Origin: Massalongia carnosa
Lineage: Eukaryota
Direction of reading: 5' to 3'
NCBI GenBank assembly: GCA_965645245.1
Contig: OZ287084.1
Coordinates: forward strand, 930,001 to 994,000
DNA length: 64,000 nucleotides
A program made the translations under genes and the position numbers. Position 1 is the first letter of the stretch. The number at the start of each line of letters is the position of its first letter. Below, piece after piece: positions 12,095-24,943 of this stretch. Below the pieces are notes generated by a model that did no database searches, was not told where the DNA came from, and worked only from the letters and a program-made list of their open reading frames with translations.

Positions 12095-14312
12095 ATGCAT
12101 CACTTGCTGCTTCGAAGCAGCTTGGTAAACATACTTGTCTTCTCCTTTGGCTTCGCAGATGCTCGTTTCAACGTTCTAAACCATATCTTCTCACGATCTG
12201 ACTTGGCTTCAAGCAAGGCAGTCACCCTTCCATAAGAGAAGCACGAAGGACGCATGCTGCGGGCGGCGCAATTAACGTCAGACCTCAGGCCTCGCAGTAT
12301 ACAGGAGACTCTCAGACATGACCATGAGCTGCGCTATCTTGATGGTGGGTCTCAGTACTATAAAATAGTGCGTTTAGCTATTGCTTTTCGGTATCTTTCG
12401 ATTTTAATGTTCAACTCCCAGAGTCACTCCATGGAACATCTGCCCAATTTGCGGCGCGATTGAGCATGATCTCGAAAGAACCAACGCTAGTTCTTGAAGA
12501 AATCGAGGAGCACCTCAAAACGATTGAGTGTAACGGAACCCAAATTGAACTAGGGTTTGACACCGCAGAAAGCCTAGCTCTAGCTTTTGAAGAATATAGA
12601 GCGGCTGGTCAATTCTTTCTCATCACATCGCACGACGGTTGCACTAATGACGGAGCAAGAAATGCTCATCTGTAGGTATGAACCTTACTAGAAAAGTTCA
12701 ACGTTTGACAACCTCAGGGTTTCGGAGGTCGCTATCCTCGAGACTGAAAAGCGGATGGTTCTTTTCGTCTCCCGCTTACCTTGGAAAGATGCTTTCCATT
12801 CCATGACAGTGGATTTTGGAGGAAGCAATGCAGAATATGAACTCCGTCGACACGATGGCTTACGGAAACGAGCGCAACCTACAGCATCCACATCCGCCTA
12901 CCTGGCTGCGTCTACCTCGATTTCGTTCCCAATACCGCCATCCGGGAGCCCAGTACCCAAAGGATTTTCTGCTCAAGGCTATGTTGGCTTCCAGTATCTG
13001 GATACTAGTATTTTACCTCCCAATATTCCAGGAGTCGATAATGTAGCGCTACATGGCCCTTTTGTGTGGGTCTGGAGCAATCTGATTGTGTATGCAAATT
13101 TTGCTGATATCTTGATAGACCACAAGGACCCACTATCAAATGTAAGAATTGTACAACGCGAGGAACGATCGATCTTATTCAAGGATCCTTTACCTTGGGC
13201 CAGACGAACGGCACGTCGAACGGCACGGAAAATGTCATACAGTTTTTCCAAAACTGTTACATGGAGCTTCGGGTGGATGACTTTGCGGCTCATATTGAAC
13301 TGGAAAGTTCCATACAGCCATCCGCATCGTTAACACTCTATACTGTTCCTCTACCTGAAATCGGCCTCCCGGGTTTTCAGGTGCTTCTTTCGGTGGGAGT
13401 GTTGTTATCATAAACGCTGACTCGGAAGTTTAGATACCTGGCATAGCTGTTGTTGGTCCATATTCAATCCAAAAATAACGATGGGGACACAGCTAAACTC
13501 AGTGTTTGATTTCATCTATGGCTTTGACGTGATGGTATGATTGTTATCTAACACCAGCAAAAAGAAAGCTGACACAACGCGCAGGTGCCGAAGAACTCGT
13601 CCATTATCATTAACATAGGAAATGTTACCAATTCCTCCATTACAGGCTTGTTAGTTCTTTCCTTGCTTCCAAGTCTAATATCACACACTAACAACCCAGA
13701 CAGCCCCGATACCAAGATATCAGCGATCCCTTTTCAAGCTGCATTTGACAGCATCTCCCTGTCCTTGTCTACATCCTTCACCCCAGAACTCCTTCTCGGC
13801 ATCTCTGTCTTCGACGGCCTCGGCACTGCCGGCGCTGGGGTCATCTTCGACCTTCCCACTGTGAAAGCCACCGTCTCCCAGGTTGCGCATGTGAACTCTA
13901 AATGCGACCCCGTCGCCAACTCTACAGACGGAAAGCTTCTCGACGACGTCTTCGACAGCCTCACGAACATCGTCCCCGAAGTGGGCTTCGACCTTGGCCT
14001 CATTACGCAGGCAGACATTCAAGCGGGGCCGTTCACCGTCGGTGGCAGTGAAAGGTGGACGGCTGTCAGCACGGCGTTTCACTGCCAACGGTCTGTATGA
14101 GTTTCAATGCCGCGGCGAAAACTTTCGGGGTGGCTACGGTGAGCGCCTCTCCTACCGCTACGGGCAAGGGGCACGGCGAGGGATTGGGGAAGAAAAATGC
14201 AGCTGCGGCTAGTAGCACGAATCCGTTCACGCAGCTTATTCACCACTTTGGAAGGCTAGACACATCGACGGTTCTGCTCGCGATCGTTCTAGGCTGCATC
14301 CTGAGTCTGTAA
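12095..14312 (+). pseudogene. Multi-exon secreted, probably GPI-anchored protein gene with disabling lesions
   Basis: Signal peptide MHHLLLRSSLVNILVFSFGFADA, several GT-AG introns, motifs LITSHDGC and IKCKNC, hydrophobic C-terminus. In-frame TAA at 12233 and apparent frameshifts near 13460 and 14080. Confidence 0.7.
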
Positions 14313-14897
14313 ATCCTCTTCAGATTCAAGAGATTATAGGAGCGGGAAAACGCAATAGTCACGACCACTCTCCCAGTGTTTTCATGCGCACGTTCTACGA
14401 CTCCACCACGAGAAACGGGATATTGAGGGTTTCGGCCAGGTTATGACTGGCCAACGAGTGCTTCTCATGCGGGGGATTTCCTTTGAAAGAGTGTTTCTCT
14501 AATTCGCAGCCTCGCGTCGTCTATCTCATTAAACGAATATCACACAACTTTCTGTCTACTTTTCATCTTCCCCTATCTGTCCTTCCCTCCCAATCTCCAG
14601 CCTGTATCCCACGCTTCCTTTACACTTTACAAAGGACATTGTTACAACATCCAGTCTAAATTCCAATAAATCCCTTCCCCAAATGCCAGCCTTCTGCCTT
14701 GAACAGATTATGCCCTCCTGATTGGTTTCATAGAAAATGGCAAGTTAGGACATTTCCCTTCACTTTGGCGCCCTCGCGGGCTTTATTACCCATGTTGAAT
14801 CACCTCTCTGTGTGTTTATCTTTGAAAGAGTAGAGATGGGAAATACATTTTGGACATGCTCTTTCAGAGTGAAGGGTTATACGATGATGGACAATAG

Positions 14898-14997
<100 letters not shown>

Positions 14998-15247
14998 TAT
15001 TGTTATTTTCTATGATAAATATTGGCAGGGTAGTTAGATACATGACAAATCCTCCATCCTCCACCATCCACCAATCCCCATCATCTTACCACTGCTCACC
15101 CCATCCGGGAAAAGGGAAAGTCAATCTACATATCTACATATCTATTTATTTCGTTCGTTCGCTCGCTGGTCAAAGTCAGCAAGCACAGCAAAACAAGCAA
15201 TTGGTTATCAACCAAGATAGATGTCTTCATGTCCCTAGATACCTTAA

Positions 15248-15293
15248 GGGTGGTTGGGGGTTTTCGGACATGGTCTTGGAATGGTCTCAAGAT
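15248..15293 (+). repeat. Left terminal inverted repeat
   Basis: 46 bp, 6 mismatches against 24898-24943. Confidence 0.9.
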
Positions 15294-16161
15294 CCCGGAC
15301 ATGTCTTCGCTAAACTAGGTACACCGGAAGGTTCCCGGTTTGTATGTTTTTTTGAGCGCTTTGCTGATTGAGATGATTCAACATTGTCCTGCACGTGTAA
15401 GATAGCTTAAAATTCTGCTTCTGTTTGGTGAGAAATATCTGCAGATCATATAGAGTCTGATATCATTTGGAAAATACGATAGTCTTGAAAAGGATATATC
15501 TTAGTAAACATTCATATTGGTATGAACAGTGCTTTGCATTAAAGAGCATCTGACAATGATTTGAAGATCGTCTCAGTTTTGAAAAGATCTCAAGACCTTC
15601 AAGATCTTGTTCTGGATAAAACGATCAGAAAACAATCCTATAAAAGAGATATCACATCCATCCAACCTCGTTACAGCTGAGTTGTATTCGAGTTCACATG
15701 CTGTATTCGCCCAAATGATGATTAGGGAAACAAGTTATTGATTTAGTGACAGCTTCTAATTTACAGCTCTATGAATGCTATCATCCTCATGCCATGTTTC
15801 CTGTTCTCGTTGCTGTCTCGCACGATCTAGTCTTGAATGGCTCCATCGAGTCATTCCCGTACCTCCTCTCACAACATGTATGAAACCGATGAAACAACGC
15901 AGACAAGAGACGTGCCTTGAGGACCTGAAGAATAAGACTGTTAGCTTGAATTGCAATATGCGCAGAGAAGACAACGTACCAAGCGACCATGGAGAAGAAA
16001 GGCAGCCTGACGCAACAAAAAATTTAGTCTCAGTTCTTTCATACAAGTTTGAATGGGATAGATCAAGCACCGAATTTATGATGGAGAGTGTCGGCAAAAC
16101 TCAGCTGTTTTGACCTGACAAACCCTTCTCGCCTGAGGATATTCCAGAGGAGATTTCTAAG

Positions 16162-16256
16162 ACGGCCTTCTCGGAAACGGCCTTCTCGGAGACGTCCTCC
16201 TTGGAAACGGCCTTCTCGGAGACGTCCTTCTCGGAAATGGCCTTCTCCAAGAAAGC
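16162..16256. repeat. 15-bp tandem repeat (encodes EKAVS/EKDVS on the minus strand)
   Basis: About six copies of GACGGCCTTCTCGGA-like units. Confidence 0.8.
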
Positions 16257-16336
16257 CTGCTTTGGCATGACTCTAGGTTCTCTATCGTCTGTCAGCTGTA
16301 GTTGCATCATCAATGTCAGCAGAATGGGAAGAACTC

Positions 16337-19173
16337 TCACAAAACTCCAGCAGCATTGAGTATGCTCAAACATTGCTTGACATGTTGTTCTTCCACCTGC
16401 AATTTAGCTTTGATAGCATTCGACACTTTGCTTGGTAATTTATCGTAAGTGACGTGAGGACTAATCCTCATATATTGCTGATCTTGACCAAACCGAGCAT
16501 GAAAGAGTAGCCTCAACGCTCGATCAAGTATTTCAACGTCGTTTAAATCCTCGACAGTGTAGATTCTTGTCGATAACAAGCTCAACAAGTATTGCAAGTT
16601 CACTTCATCTTGATTGTATTGCTCCTGCTCGATTGAAGTTAGTTTGCTGTAATTTTGTCTCAACTTCTTGGTCGTTATCGTCTCCAAAACAATATCTTTC
16701 AAGGCAGTTATCTCATCTCCGTCTTCATCACTTTGAAAAGCATCATCACTATCATCCGATGTCACGTCGGATTCTTCATCATAGTTCTCCTCTTCGTTCT
16801 CACTGGCCTTAAATGATGAGTCTTCCTCAAATCGATCTGAAATTTCTTCATCCACATCTTCGTCCATGGATGCTTTGCCCTTCAACTTACGGCGCTTACC
16901 TTGACCATACTCTTGATAAAAATCATCTTGCAGCATTGTATCCGCGAATCTATCAGGTCTCTAACGTTTTCGGGATGCAGGATTCGTGACTGTATTTCGA
17001 GATCAATGTCCATTGAATCTTGCACCGTGATAGCTAATCTACCGCCGGTCTCCTCGTCAACTCGACATTCATCGGGTTATTTGAACCCTCTGTGGGAAGA
17101 AAATTCGTTTCCTTCAGAATCTCGTGTCCTCTCTGACTCTCGTGTGCCTCTTTGACGTATTTATTCGACTCATTCAATAAGTCGACAAGCAGGTTCTGCA
17201 CCTCTGACGAAAAGGATCGACTTTGCAGTCTCCGATGAGGGTACAAACGCTTCTGTCAAGCAGCTGTGCTTGACCGTGCTTGGAAATGAACTTCATGCCG
17301 AGTATTATCTTGCAGATAGCAATAGGTGGACCGGTCTGTGATGCGCTGTCTGTAAAAGCGTTTTGAATGTCGAAAAATCGTTTGAGATCATGAACGGAAA
17401 CGGGCTTTTCAAGACATGTTAGAGCCAACTTCAAACTGATATGAGATTGAATAAATACCTCAGCTGAGAGAAGTGCGGTCTCGCTATCAGTTTGAGCTTG
17501 TTGTAGCTCTTCTCGTACCTTTCTATTGAGCTTCAAGATACTATTATCCTTCAAAGCCTTGCGCATCTGACCGCAGACTTTGTCCAGTACATGATGTTGC
17601 CAGCGTAGCAGACCTTCTTCGGTAAAAACATCGAAGTTTTCATGGTATAGAAGCATTTCCGAGTGTTGCTTTGAGTCAAAATATGACTGCGGAATGGCTT
17701 TTTTCCGCGCAATCGTGGAATCACTAGATAAAAATTGCTGCAGTTTGCAAAGACCGCGAATAGGGTTCTTTCATTAAGCTAGAGTCCATGTTTTCTGAGT
17801 CATTTTGCATTGGCATAGTGTCCTCGAGCGTTTGTGACGTTTGTGATATCTTCTCGACAGCTTCATCAATAGATTGCGTGCTCACTAGATTGACCACAGA
17901 TCTCACAGCTACATCGTTATCTTCCGTCACCTAAATGTCTTTCAGAATTGCCAAGAGTGGTCCATCATGCTCATAGTCAAAGTCTTCATGCTCCTCAATG
18001 ACATGCAGAGTATAAGAGAATATGAACTCGTCCACATCCTTTTTGGCAAGAAATTCCAGGACCTCCGATCAGGAAGCTGCAGTAGAGGGGTGATTTAGGT
18101 CGTAGATCAACAACTCTCGTATCGGTATGTCTGTATTTCTTACACTAAGACTCATTGTCAAGAAGTCTACACAAAGTTGTTCAAAGTGGAGCTGTCGGCG
18201 CAGAGTATCTCGCCACATCTCACCAGTTGGATATGCACGTGGATCTCGCCCTACTTGCACATTGCTCTCGGGAAGGCGTAAACCATTGAACACGATAAAC
18301 TCCTGAACATGCTTGTCAAGCTTTGAACTGAATTCGGTCTTCTGATGACGATCCAGATACAATATGAAAGATTTTCGTATCAATTCGGTTGGCTTGACAG
18401 AAGCAATAGTAATAGAAAGATCATCTTGCGACTCCTCAGGCCGCATCCAAGAGGGTATCATGTCAGCAGAGATCAAAGTGGATGCGTATAGTGAGCTTTT
18501 TGCCTTGACGAATGTTTCCCTCCACTTTGTTGGCGCGAGGACACATTGTAAAGTCTTTAAAATCGAGTTGGTCCGGCTATACCTTTCTAACTCGTCTTCT
18601 TTGAACTTTTGCAAGGGACCCAGTTTGGGATACTGTATGACAGTGTCATTGTATGCGGGAATCTTGATATTCGGTATATTCGAACTTAGAATTTGTTCAG
18701 ATCGGTTTGAAGCCGCTCTGTGTCTTTCAACATCATAAGATCTAGTGGATGAGGCTTCATCAATGGCTTCTGCGAGCCGAAAAAGTATGGCGGCATATAG
18801 ATAGTCTCTGCTATCATTGTTTTGACGCCTGTTGGCCCTATCATCCTGATCTGTAATGGGATATTTTGAAAGAAGCTGACCTAAGTCAGCTGGAAAAGCA
18901 TCTGACAGGTCAGGAAGATCTCGAAGAAGCGCCAGAGGAGTTTTGACACTTCTCTGTTGACAGTTTTGATGGTATGGAATATACCATTCCAGTACAACAT
19001 TACTGAACCGAAACTTTCTATATTCGGCGACATCGCTGTATCATAAATAAGCGGCTGTCTTTGGTTCATTCTTGAAAAACTTGGCATGAGTGTCCAAGTT
19101 CTCATTCGTCATCTTCTTATCTATATCCTTCTTTACTGCTCTCCTCGTTTTTCTAGGCGTGATCGGGATCGTC
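16337..19173 (-). pseudogene. Fragmented large passenger gene of the transposon, unknown function
   Basis: Collinear minus-strand ORFs 18069-18614, 17724-17930, 17174-17656, 17034-17246 and 16337-16936 join through single stops or frameshifts into ~900+ codons with an acidic C-terminal tract. Confidence 0.6.
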
Positions 19174-19555
19174 TGAAAAAAGGTAAGTTAAAAGCTTTAG
19201 ATGAAGATATCATAAGAAATAAACATTTTCTTCCATGATGTGGATAAGTAGAGGCTGAAACCTGTGATAGTAATGTGAGATGAGGTTGTATCTCAAAATC
19301 AAGTCAGGCGATCATTCCAGTTTAAGAACTGATGATCGAGAAGAGATCGATAGTAGTACTCAGATGGAGAAGGAATGAGCAACAGGATTGGAAGAACAAA
19401 TCAATGACGGATGGGAAGGAAGGTAAAGATGAGAAGAAAGGTAAAGATGAAAGAGGATAGATGAAGTAAAATGAAGATCAACGTTGATCTTTGGGGCTAG
19501 CGAAAGTGTTGTCCTAAATTCACACAATATCAGTTCAGTCGTTATGACAATTTTT

Positions 19556-22500
19556 TTACAAAAAGTTGACTCTCCATGTACAATGTAAAAAATCCATATC
19601 TGATTCTTTGTTACTGTTTGAACTTATTGTCGACACGACATGTGAGGATACTGGCTCATTGAGCGTACGATTAACAGGAACAATGTAGATCTTATCTGGA
19701 TCAACAAAGAATAACGGGATCACTCTATCCGTGTCTGTCAGTTGAAAGATGCTCAAATTTAGGACCTCGTCTTTATAGGAAGCGGTCTTTAGCGGTCGAA
19801 TCCAAAGGAACAATCGCTGAATATTCTCAAATGGTAGACAGTGAGTATAAATTTGTCGAAGCTGAGCATATGTGCCAGAGCGGAATCGAAGAAAGTCGCC
19901 AATATGCAATGAGAAACGTTTGCCGGTTGACCTGACAGTAAAGGGGCATTGTTCATACTAGTACAAAGGCTTGTTTCCCCATTGAACGCCATTAAGGCCA
20001 TACCCGGTCATAGCAGTCTGCATCAGTTGCCTAAATCGGAGCTCTGTGGAGTCGGTTATTCTGGTAGGAAGACCTTGATTTTGTACATAGGAAATTTTGA
20101 GCTCTCCCCGCACTGTAGTTTTTATATATGAGTGAGATTCTAATAGACAATTATTTGTCGACTCCTGATCGTCTGTTTGTGAGCGATCCCCGTGGAATAA
20201 TAGATTTTCAAGAAGAGCTGGGCAGTTCCGCTTCAAACGAATCATTTGCAGAGTGATCTCCGGATCGGTATGACGAAATGAGCCATTCAAAAGAGCGACG
20301 ACAGTGAAGAGGATAGCGGCTTTCACTAAAAGCTGTCGCTCTGGCTTTCGATGATTTGTTGACAATACGGCTTTCTTAAAAAAGCGATGTTTGTCTTCTC
20401 CAAAGAGAACATTAACGTTCCAGAGAATACCATACTCCTGCATGACTCTTTCGAAATGCATACCGATATGAAAGTTTGGCAGCTTATCGGCCTCGCCATT
20501 CCGAGTAGTCACTGATGCAGAAAGTCTCATGTCGGGATCTGACACAAGATTATCAACGGACGTCTCTTCAAATGGAGTTTCCGTATCACCAATAAGGGAG
20601 TTTATGGATGTTTCAGAAATAGATGCTCGTCTACAACAGGAAGATAACTCTTCAGTGACAGACTCACTTTTCTCGTTGTCTTTCTTTTTTCCTCGTCGTT
20701 TTGGATTTTGTGCTGCATTCATCAAACCTAGAAAACATTGTCGAGCATTGACGATTTGACTGTGAAATTCTTGACGATCTTTGAGGGATAATTCGAAAGA
20801 CGAGATTAACGTGTTACTCCATGCGAGTCTCCCAAAGCAAAACACTATCAAATCTTCATCTGAAGCGCAATGGCGACGTTCTTTAGGAAACTGAACTTTC
20901 AATCCATTTCGAAAAGGCTGTCGTACATGATGGTTTCTTAACCAACAGCGAAGAAGTAGAGGTATTACGACTGAGGCACGAGCGCATTCGCTCATACTCC
21001 ACGAGGCCATATGAATAGCCGGAGACTGTATTCGGCCCCAGCCAGGTGGAAACGGAAAACAGTGCAAGGCAGCTGTAAACTCTTCAGCAGCCCGTTTCGT
21101 GAGTATTTTCGTGTAAAGAAGAGGGTACAATCTTCGTACCAGTCCATAATACTTGCTATGAGCCGGATCCGGTGGATAACTCATGATAAGATCAAGCGCC
21201 GACGTTAATGTCTGAAGCGCAGAAGATTCGGGTTTGAGCCCATTTCGTGTAAGATATGCCAGTCTCTTTGTCTTTCCTTTTATTGCTAGGCTTTTTTTTC
21301 GTATAGCCAACACCTCATGATGATAACGACTATGAAGTAGAATGTCCCGCTGCAAATCTCCTCGATTATGGAGGCCCGCATCACAAAAGCGACAACAATA
21401 GTTGGCACGTGGCCCAAGAAACCCTCCGGAGGCTTGCTGCTGCTTCATATCATCAAGATATGCTAGAATCGGGGCCCAAGCCGCTTGTTTCTGTCCATTG
21501 ATTTCAAGAATGCAACCACGATCCATGTTTCCCAAACTGGTTTGAAGACAGTTCATCACATCGTTAAACTCGGATCCGTGCGGGCCAAGAGCAATGGTGT
21601 AAGCATTAAACTCTTTTGACGTTCCGAGGCGGGCAAGCCTGCTGGCATGGCATAGACACCAGTGATGGAACGATACATGTTTCGATATAACCCGAAATCG
21701 TCGATGAAAATGACAAGGGGATATGATTGAACTCCTTTAATTAGCTGTGAGATTAGGTACTCTCGACCAAAGACTTCTAATTCTAATTCCGCTCGAATCG
21801 GGGATGAAAGATTGATTGATCTAAGATCTCCTCGCGTGACGTTGAGTATCTGACGAATTAAGACAGGCGTTGTAGACCGTACCTGATCATTCCTACAAAT
21901 TGCAATATCGAAACGGCGAGCTAGAACATGCTCGGATAAGACATCTTGATCCGCGTCTTCTATCAAAAGCAACTGATCTTCGGGCCAGTCAAACGTGACT
22001 GGAACTGGATATTCGTTGACGTTCTTTCTACTTATCAAAGGACGAATCCTGACAAGAGTTTGACCTGGGGTCAAAGATCGCGATCTTTGATCACGTCTAA
22101 AAAAAATGAACTGTGCGCAGTGACTATCATGAATAATCCCACATTTATCATTGCCACAGCGATACTGCACAATGTCAGAGGGAAAAATAGGAGATGAAAC
22201 GGGAAATCTCGCAAAATCAGTGGAACATGTACGAATAGAAGAACCCCAACTGTTTGAATGCCAGTATTCCGAAGGACTATCAACGATCTCTGCCATACCG
22301 ATATGAATGTTTCGTTGAGTTGTGGCTGAAAGTAAGATACTGATAATAGTTCGAGCATCGAAGTAATAGACGTTGGCTTGAGCCGGTCTTGGTGTTCCGG
22401 TGGGTTGTTTTTCTCGTCGTACTGATGCCGTTGCCTTCTGAATGGATGGAAGAGGAAGGCGCTTACGGCACCAGGAGTGCAAAGTTGATAGTCGCTTTGG

Positions 22501-23178
22501 CAAATTTCGCACTTCATGAGTGTCTAGCAATTGCAAAACTTCGAGCAGGCCATCATAGGTGCGTCGCTTGATGCCTTCTTTATCACACCAGAGACCGAGA
22601 GCCAGGCAGAAACCCGATATTTCTCCTCGTACTGGGTAGGAGGGCACCCGGATCTCATCATCAATCGTGCTTTCAGGAGCAGAAGGGGCAAACTCGTTGA
22701 AAGACTCAGCGGTGTCTGTGCTTTCTATATCAAAGTCCGCGAGCTGATTGGATGGCAATTTTATGATAGCATTTGAAGAAATTAAGCTGACAGCAAAGGC
22801 CGATGTATCAGCTATTGAAGCAGGCCGAGTATGAACGTTTTGAAACTCTTCATCAGTTTCCCGCTCATAATCACTATTTTTATCGAAGACCGTCTCTATA
22901 TCGGCTGGCAAATTGTCTTGAACGTGTTGTTCAGGAACTTGGTTAGACGATGGTTGGATTTTATTGAGATTCTCTATGGTTCGCTTCTTATGCGCCATTG
23001 TCATTCGTTCTGAACTCTGGGTCTGCTTTTGGTTCTCATGAATATGTACAGAATTGTGTTGATATGAAGAACCGGCTTGCGTAGACCCATGGCCAGGGGA
23101 GTCTATCGGTTGACTTTTGGAAGGCAGTGGGTTGGCCCGTGGGACACTGCTCTGAACAGTGGATGCTGGAACAATCAA
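19556..23178 (-). pseudogene. DDE transposase, CMC (CACTA/Mirage/Chapaev)/Plavaka-like, disrupted
   Basis: Motifs IFIDDFGLYRNMYRSITGVY, YLDDMKQ, CRFC (C2C), DPAH (DxxH), HIGMH (H3H) and FGEDKHRFFK. A frameshift near 21610 joins ORFs 21556-23178 and 19958-21559. The TAG at 19958-60 is in frame with ORF 19556-19909. Confidence 0.8.
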
Positions 23179-23559
23179 TGCCTTTTCCTCAAGACGAGGA
23201 CCCTGAAAACTGAAATCATCAAGCTCGGGTTTATTCAGACTGATATGAAGAAGGCTTACTGCTGGAACGGTTGAAGCAGTGTCGATGGTTTATGCTTTCT
23301 TCTCTTTCTCAAAACATGACTTTCGTCGAGCATAATATTCTCCGTCGCATCATCCTGATATACGCAACGAGGCATCTTGTCTCATAACTGAGTTTAATTC
23401 TGTGCGCAGGTGAGGTATTCTCATGAAGAATCACTTGTGCGTTGATATTTTAGTTCTTAGGGCTTTAGCACACTATTTCAGAACATTAGCATTCGTCTTT
23501 ACTGCTTCGCGCTTTCTTCCGATTGCACTATCATTAATGCTGATATCACAAATACAATC

Positions 23560-24478
23560 ATGAACGTATCACCGTCAAATGAAGAGGTCCTTGAACCTTT
23601 AACGCAAGCCGAAACACAATTAGGATCAATAGCGGCAGAAATATCAACCAAAAAGACGCGGAGAAGACAGGCCATTACCTCCGAATGGAAAGTAATAGCC
23701 ATGCGAATGGAGGCTTCTTTGCGGCCATTTGCGCTGCGTTATGGCAAGCTGGACGCAGATCAAATAGCGCACATCGTTCGAAATGCAATAAGAGAAGACG
23801 TAGATGAGGAAGACATATATTTCAGGAAGGGAGTCACCAAGGCGCAATCCAACGTTTCAACGTGGAAACATCGCTCTCTAGAGTGTATGAAAGTATGTAG
23901 CTTGCTATTAGCGTTTATACTCGACTTCTAACTGTTTTTAGGACTACATACAGTCTGCTATCATGAGAGACAACCTAGGGCTGCTGGAATCCGAGCATGA
24001 CTCGAGCAGGCTATTCAAAGCCTTTGCACAGCAATATGATCACCATGATGCTGAGACAGTGCTTCCATGGGTAGCCAAAACTTTGATGTTCCACGAGTCT
24101 TCAAAGAAGGGTGCAATGCCTCGAGGGCCCTATTGGATTAATGGTAAGTGACAAGCATACGAGAACTGATGGAATTTACGTATTGATATGAAACAAGTAT
24201 ATTTTTTAAATCTCGCTGTCAAGCCGAAATTGTACTTAGACGCACACAGAGCCGAAGCCACAAATCGAACCTCTCTTTTAGAGTTTTACGATACATTTCC
24301 TCAAATGGCAAAATATCAAAACATTAAGCCACATCATTTCAAATTGAAACCAGCTCGGGCAAAATGCCTAAGAAAGGAATCGTCGAATAATCCAGAGATG
24401 GAGGAATTTGGCGCTATCATGGATGAAATGGAGGTCACCGAGGCCGAGGACGAAGATGAGGACGGTTTTAGTTCCTGA
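23560..24478 (+). CDS. Three-exon transposon passenger gene, unknown function (271 aa)
   Basis: Exons 23560-23892, 23942-24143 and 24198-24478 joined by GT-AG introns give an open 816-nt frame with an acidic tail. Transcribed divergently from the transposase. Confidence 0.65.
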
Positions 24479-24897
24479 ATATTTGCTTTTTGTACTAGTA
24501 TGAAGAAAAGATGTTTTACTTAGAGTTGTTGGTGCAGCCACATTTAGCCTCAGGTTTGTTCCAGATAGCTGATAGCTTGATCGAAGAAAATGTTTTATTT
24601 GCACTCGGCTCTAACACAAATAAAAACTTGAGATCATGTCGACCAAATATTACCCTGTCACCCTGTTTAAAGCACTCCTGACTCAGAAGAATCTTGAGCT
24701 AGTCTGATGAAAATCTTCAAACCATGATCCTCTTGAGATTCTGTTGTTAGAAACATGCGTTCCACGTTATAAGATATTTTACTTATGATAAAGTCATGAG
24801 ATTGTCTTTAAAATAAAATATCCGAACACTGTTTGCTTTCTTGACTGACGTAGTCACTTAGTAGATAGACTATGACAAGAACGTTCTAGTGGATAAT

Positions 24898-24943
24898 ATC
24901 TTGAGACTATCTCAAGACCATGTCCGAATATCCCCAACCGCCC
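24898..24943 (-). repeat. Right terminal inverted repeat
   Basis: Reverse complement of the left TIR. Confidence 0.9.

Larger units (their letters stand above)
15248..24943. mobile_element. ~9.7-kb TIR DNA transposon (CMC/Plavaka-like transposase plus two passenger genes)
   Basis: Left end GGGTGGTTGGGGGTTTTCGGACATGGTCTTGGAATGGTCTCAAGAT matches the reverse complement of the right end at 40/46 positions. Both ends are flanked by TTAA (15244-47, 24944-47). A DDE transposase lies inside. Confidence 0.9.

Noticed and set aside
15244..15250. piggyBac assignment from TTAA flanks
   Set aside because: Termini are GG rather than CC/YY after TTAA, and the transposase motifs are not piggyBac-like.
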